A stretch of DNA of 64,000 nt, from the NCBI GenBank assembly GCA_965248355.1, contig OZ252098.1, positions 1,390,098 through 1,454,097 of the forward strand, in the 5' to 3' direction. The stretch is from Candidatus Latescibacterota bacterium. GTDB taxonomy: Bacteria > Latescibacterota > UBA2968 > UBA8231. Every line of letters begins with the position of its first letter. Within the stretch, counting starts at the first letter, position 1. The translations under genes and the position numbers were made by a program. This document shows, one piece after another, positions 37,038-45,808 of this stretch. The notes beneath the pieces are model-generated. The model saw only the letters and a program-made list of their open reading frames with translations. It did not search any database and was not told the origin of the DNA.

Positions 37038-37879
37038 GGCTCGATGAGCCCGACGCGGCGGGTCGACAGGGCGGTCTCGGTGGAGCCCGGGAAGGGGACG
37101 TCGCTGAAGACGGCGTTGCCGAGCATGATCATGGAGGCTTGGCCGCCGCGCCGGGTCACCTCGTCGACGGCGGCGCGCACCCCTTCGTGGGCCATGAGGC
37201 CGCTGCCGGACGCGAAGGCCCGGGACTCGCGGATGACGCTGCCCAGGTCCAGGGACGGCGCCTCGCGGAGACCCCCCAAGGCGGCCAGGGCCGAGTCGGC
37301 GGCGGCGTTGATCCGCCGGCGGCGCTCCGGGTCGGAGAGGATGTCCCGCGTGCGGATGGGGCCGAAGTGCCGGTAGTGGATGGAGGCCCCGGGGGCCAGG
37401 GGCATGCGCTGGGCCGCGAGGGGGTCTCCGGCGACGAGCTTCACCAGGCAGCCGCCGTGGTACTGGGCGCAGACATCCCCCAGGCCGGTGAGGTTCTCCA
37501 CCTCGGCCACGTGGGCGGCGGTGGCCAGGGCGCGCTCGGACAGCCCCAGGTCGAGCAGGGCGTTGGCCGCGTAGGCCGCGGCCAGCGAAGAAGCTCCGCT
37601 GAGGCCGAAGCCGCTGCTCAGGGGCAGGGGCGTCTCGACGTCGACGGCCAGCCGCTGCCCGGGCGCGACCCGCTCCAGCACGGCCGCCACCGTGGGGAAC
37701 TCGATCTCCTCGCCGTTGAAGGTGATGCCGCCGCCCCCGCGGCGGACCGAGACGGTGGCCCCCTCGCGCACGGTGAAGCCGAGGCCGAGGGAGTGCATCC
37801 GCGCCGGGTCCTCGTGGGGGATCACCTTGAAGACGCCGGAGATGTTTCCCGGCGCGAAGGCGGCCGCCGCCTCAGCCAT
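37034..37879 (-). CDS. GHMP-family small-molecule kinase (pantoate-kinase-like in size and N-terminus)
   Basis: GHMP ATP-binding loop 'PLSSGFGLSGASSLAAA'. N-terminal 'APGNISGVFKV'. 281 aa. Confidence 0.65.
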   Translation of the reverse strand: MAEAAAAFAPGNISGVFKVIPHEDPARMHSLGLGFTVREGATVSVRRGGGGITFNGEEIEFPTVAAVLERVAPGQRLAVDVETPLPLSSGFGLSGASSLAAAYAANALLDLGLSERALATAAHVAEVENLTGLGDVCAQYHGGCLVKLVAGDPLAAQRMPLAPGASIHYRHFGPIRTRDILSDPERRRRINAAADSALAALGGLREAPSLDLGSVIRESRAFASGSGLMAHEGVRAAVDEVTRRGGQASMIMLGNAVFSDVPFPGSTETALSTRRVGLIEP

Positions 37880-38561
37880 GGACGGCCTCCGGCGCCAGCC
37901 GCTGCGCCTGCAGCCAGCCCGGCAACCGGGCGACTCCGTCGAGCAGGGCCAGGGGCGCGTAGGGGGCGAAGGCCGGAGCCCCGGTGGTGCCGCTGAGGAC
38001 GGCCACGAAGCGGATCGCCCCCCGCCGCGCCGCCTCGGCGTCGGGAAGGCTGTCCCCCACGTAGAGGGACTCGGCGGCGTCGACCTGGAGACGGTCCAGG
38101 GCCAGGTGCAGGCAGCCGGGATCCGGCTTGTGCTCGGAGACGTCCTCGGCCCCGATCACGGCCCCCACGAGGTGACGCAACCCCTCCCGGTCGAGGATCC
38201 CCTCGATGCGGTAACGGTACTTGGTGGAGGCGATGGCGCAGGCCAGGCCCCGGGAGCGCAGTTCCTCCAGCACGCCGGGGACGGCGTCGTAGACCACGGT
38301 GCCCGCGGCCATGACCTGGTCGGCGCGCTCGAGGAAGAGCCTTCCGAACTCGACGCTGCGCCCCCGCTCCGCCTCGCCGTTGAGTGCGGCCAGGATGTTG
38401 GGTACGGAAAGGCCGATGGTGCGCCGGATCTCCTCCTCCCCGGACAGGTCGAGGCCCATGCGCCGCTGGGCATAACGCACGCAGTCGATGACGCCCACGG
38501 AGGAGTCCGCCAGGGTGTAGTCGAAGTCGAAGAGGACCGCCTTGAGCGGCGTCAGGCCCAT
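37872..38561 (-). CDS. HAD-superfamily phosphatase (phosphoglycolate-phosphatase-like)
   Basis: Motif I 'LFDFDYTL', 'KPDP' and 'GDSLPD'. Confidence 0.7.
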   Translation of the reverse strand: MGLTPLKAVLFDFDYTLADSSVGVIDCVRYAQRRMGLDLSGEEEIRRTIGLSVPNILAALNGEAERGRSVEFGRLFLERADQVMAAGTVVYDAVPGVLEELRSRGLACAIASTKYRYRIEGILDREGLRHLVGAVIGAEDVSEHKPDPGCLHLALDRLQVDAAESLYVGDSLPDAEAARRGAIRFVAVLSGTTGAPAFAPYAPLALLDGVARLPGWLQAQRLAPEAVHG

Positions 38562-38566
38562 GCCGG

Positions 38567-39379
38567 TCACGCTTCGGCCGGCGAGGCCGTGGCCCCCGCC
38601 TGGGCGCCGGCGTTCACCCCCAGCCCGCGGCGGTAGGCCTCCAGGGGCAGCAGATCCTCGGGGCCCACGTTGCCGATGTTGGCCTGGGGGCCGAAGCGGT
38701 CGATCAGGTCCCGGCGCATGCTGTGCACGTGATGCTCGCTCACCCCGGCGATCCACGGGCCGGGCAGCTCGAACATCACCTTCTCCAGGCCAACGGAGTC
38801 GACGATCCCGTCGATGTCGGCCGCCGTCCCCGCGTCGCCGCGGATCAGCTCCGCCGCCTCCACCAGAAGCAGGCTGGCTCCCGCCTCCATGCACGCCCTG
38901 GCGTCGTCGGCCAGGGGTACGGCGTTGGCCAAGCCTTCCTTCTTGCCCACCTCCCCGAGGACCTTCAGCCCGAACTCCTCTACCGCCCGGACGATGACCC
39001 GCTCCTTCCACCGCAGCGTCACCGGGGCCAGGTTGTCCGAGACCTCCACCCAGCGGTAGCCGGCCTCGACACAGGCCGGGAGGTAGCGTTCCAGGAGGCC
39101 GTGGACCTCGGCGTACTCCAGGAACTGCCCCCCGGGGAAGGGCTCCACGTGCCACGACAGGTAGCGGTCGATCTTCTCCGTCAGCAGCTTCGCCGGGTGC
39201 AGCCGCGAGAGCCCCACGGCGATCTTGGCGAAGTCGAAGCAGTCGGCCCCGACCGCGATCAGGTCCCGCTGCCGGTGCGGCCCGAGGCCCCAGTCGATGA
39301 CCATTGTCAGCCCCGAGGCGCGCGGCTTGGCGGTGCGCTCCGGGGCCAGATGTCCGTCGAGTCCGTCGAAGGGATGCAC
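38567..39379 (-). CDS. comA: (2R)-phospho-3-sulfolactate synthase (ComA family)
   Basis: 'KPRASGLTMVIDWG...DFAKIAVGLS...FPGGQFLEYA...WVEVSDN...VLGEVGKK...VMFELP' follows the ComA family pattern, including the diagnostic 'KPR..GLT.V.D.G' N-terminus and 'EVGKK'. Confidence 0.75.
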   Translation of the reverse strand: MHPFDGLDGHLAPERTAKPRASGLTMVIDWGLGPHRQRDLIAVGADCFDFAKIAVGLSRLHPAKLLTEKIDRYLSWHVEPFPGGQFLEYAEVHGLLERYLPACVEAGYRWVEVSDNLAPVTLRWKERVIVRAVEEFGLKVLGEVGKKEGLANAVPLADDARACMEAGASLLLVEAAELIRGDAGTAADIDGIVDSVGLEKVMFELPGPWIAGVSEHHVHSMRRDLIDRFGPQANIGNVGPEDLLPLEAYRRGLGVNAGAQAGATASPAEA

Positions 39380-39443
39380 TTCGCGGTCCTTCGTGGTGGG
39401 TTTGGAAGCGCGCTAACCTACGAAAAGGCCCCCTACTCCGTCA

Positions 39444-39481
39444 CGGCACTTGCCGCGTTCCCCCGAGGCCCGCGATGTTTC
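39444..39481. promoter_or_regulatory. 38-bp bipartite motif R1 (CGGCACTTGCCGC–N15–GCGATGTTTC). Putative operator/FCB-type promoter (TTG...TAnnTTTG-like) upstream of the helicase gene.
   Basis: A near-palindromic 13-mer plus a conserved 10-mer at fixed spacing. The same architecture recurs at 47087–47124. Confidence 0.4.
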
Positions 39482-39543
39482 TGACCGCCGCGGGCGACCG
39501 AGAGCCCGCCGGCCGGTTCCGGTCCGAGTAGGAATGACCATCC

Positions 39544-42500
39544 ATGGAAACAGGCTCTACTCTCCCATGTCTCTCGCTGGACCTCGAGGTCGGAAAGCAG
39601 GACCGTCGCATCCATGCGTTCGCCGCGATCCGATCGGATACCGACGACCGCCTCGTCTTCAACGGCGGTAACCTCGCCGCAGAACTGGCAAGACTGGACG
39701 ATCTCGCGCACGGTGCCGACTTCCTGCTGGGCCACAACCTGGTCCTCTTCGACCTGCCGCATCTGAAAGCCGCGAAACCCAACCTCCGGCTGTTGCGGTT
39801 GCCGGCGGTGGATACGCTGTGGCTCAATCCCCTCGCCTTTCCGCGTAACCCCTATCACGGTTTGGTCAAGCATTACCAGGACGGACAACTCAAGCGAGGG
39901 CGGCTGAACGATCCCGAACTCGATGCCCGGCTCGCGCTCGACGTCTTTCGTGACCAATGGCGCGCTCTCGGCTCCGCTTCACCGGATCTCTTGCTCGCGT
40001 GGCATTGGTTGACAACGGCGGGCGATATCGGGGACGGCTTCGACAGATTCTTCTCCTCGCTGCGTGAGTCTCCCCGGCCCTCGGACGCGGAAGCCCGCGC
40101 GGCGATAGAGGGACGGTTGGCGGACAGCGCCTGCCGGACCCACGGGCGCGAGGCCACGACAGATCCGGCCCTCTTTGGCTGGGCGCTGGCCTACGCCCTC
40201 GCCTGGCTTTCGGTGGCCGGTGGCAACTCTGTCATGCCGCCGTGGGTACGCCACCAATTCCCCGAGGCGGGACGACTGGTTAGCCGGCTGCGGGATACAG
40301 CTTGTGGAGACTCCGCCTGCGTGTGGTGCCGGGAGCGGCATGACGCCCGCAGGGAACTCTCCCGCTGGTTCGGCTTCAACGGCTTCCGTCCCGAACCTTC
40401 GAGCGCGGACGGAAGCCCGATGCAGCAGTCCATCGTTGAAGCGGCGATGGCCGGGGAGCACGTCCTCGGGATCCTTCCCACCGGCACCGGAAAGTCGCTC
40501 TGCTACCAGATCCCGGCTCTTTCGCGTTACGACAAGACCGGCGCCCTTACAGTGGTGATCTCACCCCTGGTCGCGCTCATGGCGGACCAGGTGGCGGGAC
40601 TGGAAGCACACGGCATCGGGTCGTGTGTCGCCATTAACGGCCTTCTGTCCATGCCCGAGCGGGCCGATGCGCTGGACCGGGTGCGGCTCGGAGACGCCGG
40701 ACTGGTGCTCGTCTCGCCCGAGCAGCTGCGCAGCCAGTCCTTCCGCCGCGTGCTGAACCAGCGCGAGATCGGCGCCTGGGTCATGGACGAAGCCCACTGC
40801 CTGTCGCGATGGGGGCACGACTTCCGACCCGACTACCGCTACGTGGGGCGCTTCATACGCGAGAAGGCGGGATCGGGGCCTGTCCCGCCGGTGTTGTGCC
40901 TCACCGCGACCGCGAAGCCCGATGTCGTCGAGGACATCGCCCGGTACTTCCGAGACTCCATCGGAGCGGAGCTCACAGTCTTCGACGGCGGAGCCCAGCG
41001 CACGAACCTCGAGTTCGTGGTGGTTCCGACCACCGGTGGCGAAAAGTTTTCTCACATCCACCAGATCCTGATGGCTGACCTGCCCCAGGACACGCCCGGC
41101 GGTGCCATCGTCTACTGTGCGACCCGGCGTCAGACCGAAGAGGTGGCGGAGTTTCTGCAGATGAAGGAGATCGCGGCGGACCACTTCCACGCGGGTCTGC
41201 CGCCCGAGACCAAGAAGAGCGTCCAGCTACGCTTCATCGCGGGCGAGCTCCGGGTGATCGCCGCCACCAATGCCTTCGGCATGGGCATCGACAAGCCGGA
41301 CGTGCGGCTGGTGATCCACGCCGACATCCCGGGCTCGCTCGAGAACTACCTGCAGGAGGCGGGGCGCGCCGGGCGGGACCGGGAGACCGCGCGCTGTGTG
41401 CTGTTGTACTCGACGGACGACGTCGAGCGCCAGTTCGGGATGTCCGCCCGGTCGCGCCTCACGCGCCGGGAAATCCACGGCATCCTGCGGGCGCTCCGGA
41501 ACCTCGACCGGAAGAAGCGTCTGAAGGGCGAGGTGGTTGCCACCGCGGGCGAGATCCTCCTGGAGGAGGACGAGAAGGTATTCGAGCGGGACTCAGCCAC
41601 CGACGATACCCGGGTGCGGACCGCCATCGCCTGGTTGGAGGAGGCGGTGCTGCTCACCCGTGAGGAGAACGAGGTGCGGGTGTTTCCCTCGTCCCTTCGG
41701 GTGAGTTCGGTGGAAGAAGCCCGAGCCAAGATCGAGAGCTCGCCCATTGCGGACGCCTACCGCCACCAGTTCCAGCTCATCGCTGAGAAGCTGATCGACG
41801 CCGACCCGGACGAAGGCATCTCCACCGATGAGCTGATGGGCGTGTCTGGCTTGAGCCCCGAAGGTGTACGCGCCGCCCTCTACGACCTGGAGCGCCTCGG
41901 CATCGCGAGGAACGAAACGGCGCTCACCGCCTTCGTCCATACCGGGGTGGAGAGAAGCTCGCTGAAGCGTCTTGACGAGGCGGAGAGTCTTGAGAAGGCA
42001 TTGATCGAGCACCTCCGTCTTGCTGCGCCGGACATGGGTAAGGGTGAGTCCTGGGCTCTGCATTTACGAGTCGCGTCGCAGGTTCTGCGAGATGCTGGGG
42101 TTGTCGATCCTCTTCCCGAGCGGCTATGGCGCATTCTTCGCAGCATTGCCGCTGACGGCCGCGGCGAGGGGGGCGGCTCTGGGAGCCTCGGGATCCGGAA
42201 GCGCGATGCGGAGACCGTGCAGGTAACACTGCAACGCGACTGGCAAGCCCTGGAGGAGACCGCATCGCGGCGCCGTGCGGGGTCGAGACGCCTGCTGGAA
42301 CACCTGCTCGCCGGCCTGTCGCCTGGGAGCCGGGGCACGGATCTCCTGGCCGAGACCACCCTGGGAGAGCTCATGGGCGCGCTAATGTCCGACTTGCTCC
42401 TCAAGAGCAGGCTCAAGAGTCCTGAGAAACTGCTGGACCGAGCTCTCCTGTGGCTGCACGAGCAGGAGGTCATCCGCCTCCACAAGGGTCTCGCGGTCTT

Positions 42501-44748
42501 TCGCCCCGCCATGACCATCCGGCTCACGGACGAGAAGCCGGGGCGGGGATTCGCCACGGCCGACTTCGAGCCGCTCAGACTGCACTACGAGGGGCAGGTT
42601 CGGCAAATCCACGTCATGGTGGAATTCGCGCGGCGGGGTCTGGAGGCCATGGCGGAGGCGCTTCGTCTGGCCATGGAATACTTCGGCATGAACGAGGAGG
42701 AATTCCTGCACCGCTGGCTTCCGGAACGGAGTCGAGAGATCGCCCGCGAGACCACCCCGGAATCGTGGCGGACCATCGTCGAGAGCCTCAAGAACCCCGT
42801 CCAACAGCGGATCGTTGCGGATGATCGAGAGCAGACGAACGTGCTGGTTCTCGCCGGTCCTGGTTCAGGAAAAACGCGGGTGCTGGTGCATCGCATCGCC
42901 TACCTGGTGCGGGCCAGACGCGAGAATCCCCGCGGCATCCTGGCCCTTGCCTACAACCGGCACGCGGCGGTGGAAATTCGGCGGCGCATCTTGGGATTGA
43001 TCGGTGATGAAGCCCGGGGGGTGACCGTGCTCACGTGCCATGCGCTGGCCATGCGACTGGTGGGAGCCAGCTTCCAAGAGCGAGAACGGCGGCGGCTCGA
43101 CGACGATGCATTCCGGGAGGTGTTGCGCCAGGCAGTAGCACTGCTGCGCGGCGAGGGGCTGGAACCGGAGGAAGCGGACGAACAGCGAGAACGACTTCTT
43201 GCGGGCTTCCGCTGGATCCTTGTGGACGAATACCAGGACATCGCTGCGGATCAGTACGAGTTGATATCGGCCCTGGCCGGACGGACTCAGAGAGATGAGG
43301 ATCGCAAGCTCACCCTCTTTGCAGTAGGGGACGACGACCAGAACATCTACGCCTTCAATGGCGCGTCGGTCGAGTTCATCCGCCGCTTCGAAGCGGACTA
43401 CGGTCCGAAGCCCACCTACTTGACCGACAACTACCGCTCCACCGGCCACATCATCGCTGCGGCCAATGCATTGATCGAGCCGGCGCGCGAACGGATGAAG
43501 ACCGGATATCCCATCTGCATAGATCGGCCTCGTGCGAAGAACCCACCGGGCGGCGACTGGCGGGAACTGGACTCGGTCGCTCAAGGCCGTGTGCAGGTTC
43601 TACCAGCGCTACACGATCCGATCATACAAGCGCAGGTTGCGATCACGGAGTTGCAACGCCTCGCTACCCTAGCTCCCGACTGGGACTGGTCCAGGTGCGG
43701 GGTCGTCGCGCGGGAATGGAAGTACCTCGATCCGGTACGTGCATTCTGCGAAGTAAATGGTCTTCCGGTCCAGATGGGAAACGAAGACATCCCGAGCTTC
43801 TGGCTCCTGCGAGACACCCGGACGATGGTCGAATGGCTGCGTGGACGGGATACCTCCTTGGTGAACAGCCCCGACCTCCGTGATTGGGTGAATGCACGTC
43901 CTTCAGGACCCTGGGTCGAGCTTCTTCAGGAGGCTCTGGATGAACATGAGCTTGAAACCGGAGCAGGTGCGGAAGTGAGGGTGGACCCCTTCATCGAGTG
44001 GCTGGCCGAGTGGGGCCGGGAACTTCGTCGCCGCCAGCGCGGGCTCCTGCTGTTGACCGCACATCGCGCCAAGGGATTGGAGTTCGACCACGCGGCCGTG
44101 CTTGACGGAGGCTGGAACAAGATCGACGTCGACAAGGGGGAGGACGAGGACGCGCCAAGACGGCTCTACTACGTGGCCATGACCCGCGCCCGGAAGACCC
44201 TTGCTCTGATTCGATTTCCCGGGCCGCATCGGCTGCTTGATGAATTGCAGGGCAATCCCTCGGTGCTGCAACGAGACGCCGGGTGGCCTGACTTCGCGAG
44301 GGAACCTGAGGCCCCGGCGTATTCGGGGCGATCACGCCCGCACCACGCCCCTGGCGGCTTGCTGCCGGAAACCCTGGAACTCGCGCGTCAATATCGACGG
44401 CCGGGCCTGCGCAGGGTCGATCTGGGATTCGCGGGGCGTCTTCGGCCCAACCATCCGGTGCATCGTGCGATCTCCGCCCTGTCGTCCGGCGATAAGCTGG
44501 AGACACGCGTGACCGAGGCGGGACGTTGGGAATTGCTCGACCTCTCAGGAAGGGTGGTGGGGCGCCTTGCCCGTGACTTCAAACCCCCACCGGGAACGCA
44601 GTGCAGGTCCGCAACAGTTCTGGCCATCATGTCCTGGAGCCGTGACCTGTCGGACTCAAAATACCACGACAGCATACCGTGCGATTCCTGGGAGGTCGTG
44701 GTGCCGGAGTTGGTGTTCGAACCAGTGGCGAGCAACCCGGAAGGTTGA
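39544..44748 (+). CDS. Giant tri-domain nuclease-helicase: DnaQ/DEDDh 3'-5' exonuclease + RecQ-family SF2 helicase + UvrD/PcrA-family SF1 helicase (1734 aa)
   Basis: N-terminal exonuclease 'LDLEVGKQ...FLLGHNLVLFDLPHL'. RecQ motifs 'LGILPTGTGKSLCYQIPAL', 'DEAHCLSRWGHDFRPDY', 'ATNAFGMGIDKPDVRLVIH'. UvrD motifs 'VLAGPGSGKT', 'ILVDEYQD', 'YRST', 'TAHRAKGLEFD', 'YVAMTRAR'. Confidence 0.8.
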   Translation: METGSTLPCLSLDLEVGKQDRRIHAFAAIRSDTDDRLVFNGGNLAAELARLDDLAHGADFLLGHNLVLFDLPHLKAAKPNLRLLRLPAVDTLWLNPLAFPRNPYHGLVKHYQDGQLKRGRLNDPELDARLALDVFRDQWRALGSASPDLLLAWHWLTTAGDIGDGFDRFFSSLRESPRPSDAEARAAIEGRLADSACRTHGREATTDPALFGWALAYALAWLSVAGGNSVMPPWVRHQFPEAGRLVSRLRDTACGDSACVWCRERHDARRELSRWFGFNGFRPEPSSADGSPMQQSIVEAAMAGEHVLGILPTGTGKSLCYQIPALSRYDKTGALTVVISPLVALMADQVAGLEAHGIGSCVAINGLLSMPERADALDRVRLGDAGLVLVSPEQLRSQSFRRVLNQREIGAWVMDEAHCLSRWGHDFRPDYRYVGRFIREKAGSGPVPPVLCLTATAKPDVVEDIARYFRDSIGAELTVFDGGAQRTNLEFVVVPTTGGEKFSHIHQILMADLPQDTPGGAIVYCATRRQTEEVAEFLQMKEIAADHFHAGLPPETKKSVQLRFIAGELRVIAATNAFGMGIDKPDVRLVIHADIPGSLENYLQEAGRAGRDRETARCVLLYSTDDVERQFGMSARSRLTRREIHGILRALRNLDRKKRLKGEVVATAGEILLEEDEKVFERDSATDDTRVRTAIAWLEEAVLLTREENEVRVFPSSLRVSSVEEARAKIESSPIADAYRHQFQLIAEKLIDADPDEGISTDELMGVSGLSPEGVRAALYDLERLGIARNETALTAFVHTGVERSSLKRLDEAESLEKALIEHLRLAAPDMGKGESWALHLRVASQVLRDAGVVDPLPERLWRILRSIAADGRGEGGGSGSLGIRKRDAETVQVTLQRDWQALEETASRRRAGSRRLLEHLLAGLSPGSRGTDLLAETTLGELMGALMSDLLLKSRLKSPEKLLDRALLWLHEQEVIRLHKGLAVFRPAMTIRLTDEKPGRGFATADFEPLRLHYEGQVRQIHVMVEFARRGLEAMAEALRLAMEYFGMNEEEFLHRWLPERSREIARETTPESWRTIVESLKNPVQQRIVADDREQTNVLVLAGPGSGKTRVLVHRIAYLVRARRENPRGILALAYNRHAAVEIRRRILGLIGDEARGVTVLTCHALAMRLVGASFQERERRRLDDDAFREVLRQAVALLRGEGLEPEEADEQRERLLAGFRWILVDEYQDIAADQYELISALAGRTQRDEDRKLTLFAVGDDDQNIYAFNGASVEFIRRFEADYGPKPTYLTDNYRSTGHIIAAANALIEPARERMKTGYPICIDRPRAKNPPGGDWRELDSVAQGRVQVLPALHDPIIQAQVAITELQRLATLAPDWDWSRCGVVAREWKYLDPVRAFCEVNGLPVQMGNEDIPSFWLLRDTRTMVEWLRGRDTSLVNSPDLRDWVNARPSGPWVELLQEALDEHELETGAGAEVRVDPFIEWLAEWGRELRRRQRGLLLLTAHRAKGLEFDHAAVLDGGWNKIDVDKGEDEDAPRRLYYVAMTRARKTLALIRFPGPHRLLDELQGNPSVLQRDAGWPDFAREPEAPAYSGRSRPHHAPGGLLPETLELARQYRRPGLRRVDLGFAGRLRPNHPVHRAISALSSGDKLETRVTEAGRWELLDLSGRVVGRLARDFKPPPGTQCRSATVLAIMSWSRDLSDSKYHDSIPCDSWEVVVPELVFEPVASNPEG

Positions 44749-44899
44749 GCAACGTCTTGCGGAACAGCTGCGGTGCCCCGGTGCCTGCGCTCGGATTCGC
44801 TCAAGCGGCGGCTGCCTCGGGGCGATTTTCCATCCGCCGCCCGCAAAGCTACCTTCCCGGCAGGCGTCTCGACCCGGCGCCGATCCCGAGGAGGCCGCC

Positions 44900-45808
44900 A
44901 TGACCATCACAGCCGACGTTCAGACCCTTCCGCAGCGCATCCTCGGCAAGACCGGCGAGCGCGTCCCCGTCCTCGGCCTCGGCTCGGCCTGCGGAGGACT
45001 GGGCCTGGGCGACGCCGAGGCGATCGAGCTCTACGAGAAGGCCATCGACCGCGGCGTCACCTACATCGACACCGCCCCGGGCTACGAGCGCGCCCAGCGG
45101 CAGCTCGGACACGTGGTGCCCCGCCGCCGCGACGAGCTCTTCCTGGTCACCAAGTCGCCCACCGCCGACGGCGCCGAGGCCGTGCGCCTGCTGGAGCAGA
45201 ACCTGCGCGATCTCGGCACCGACGCCGTGGACCTGTGCTACGTCCACTCCCTGGGCAACTACGACGTCGACCAGGTCCTGGCCCCCGACGGCGCCCTCGC
45301 CGGTTTGCGAGAAGCCCAGAGGCGGGGGCTGACCCGCTACGTCGGCTTCACCGCACATCACAAGACCGGAAGCTCGGAGCGCGTCCTCCGGGAGGCGGAG
45401 GTCGACGTCATCATGGTGGCCCTCAACTTCGTCGACCACCACACCTACGGCTTCGACCGCACCGTGCTGCCCCTGGCCGCCGAACGCAACGTCGGCGTGG
45501 CCGCCATGAAGGTCTACGGCGGCGCCGAGGCGATGGAGTACCAAACGCGGGAGGACGAGGACCAGCGCCCCTCCGCCCTGGAGGCCAGCGCCCCCGCCTT
45601 CGATCACGAACGCGCCCTGCGCTGGGCCCTCGGCCTGCCGGGCGTCAACGTCGCCGTGGTCGGCATGTACTCCGAGGAGGAGCTGGACCGCAACATCGAG
45701 TGGGCCCGCCGCTGGCAGCCGCTGACAGCGGAGGAGGAGGCGCAACTGCTGGAGGAAGGCCGGCGTATCGCCCGCTCCTGGGGCGACCACTACGGGGATA
45801 CCACATGA
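44900..45808 (+). CDS. Aldo/keto reductase-family oxidoreductase
   Basis: 'RILGKTGERVPVLGLGS...' with strong SD 'GAGGAGG' upstream. AKR-like 'IDTAPGY', 'HHKTG'. Confidence 0.7.
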   Translation: MTITADVQTLPQRILGKTGERVPVLGLGSACGGLGLGDAEAIELYEKAIDRGVTYIDTAPGYERAQRQLGHVVPRRRDELFLVTKSPTADGAEAVRLLEQNLRDLGTDAVDLCYVHSLGNYDVDQVLAPDGALAGLREAQRRGLTRYVGFTAHHKTGSSERVLREAEVDVIMVALNFVDHHTYGFDRTVLPLAAERNVGVAAMKVYGGAEAMEYQTREDEDQRPSALEASAPAFDHERALRWALGLPGVNVAVVGMYSEEELDRNIEWARRWQPLTAEEEAQLLEEGRRIARSWGDHYGDTT

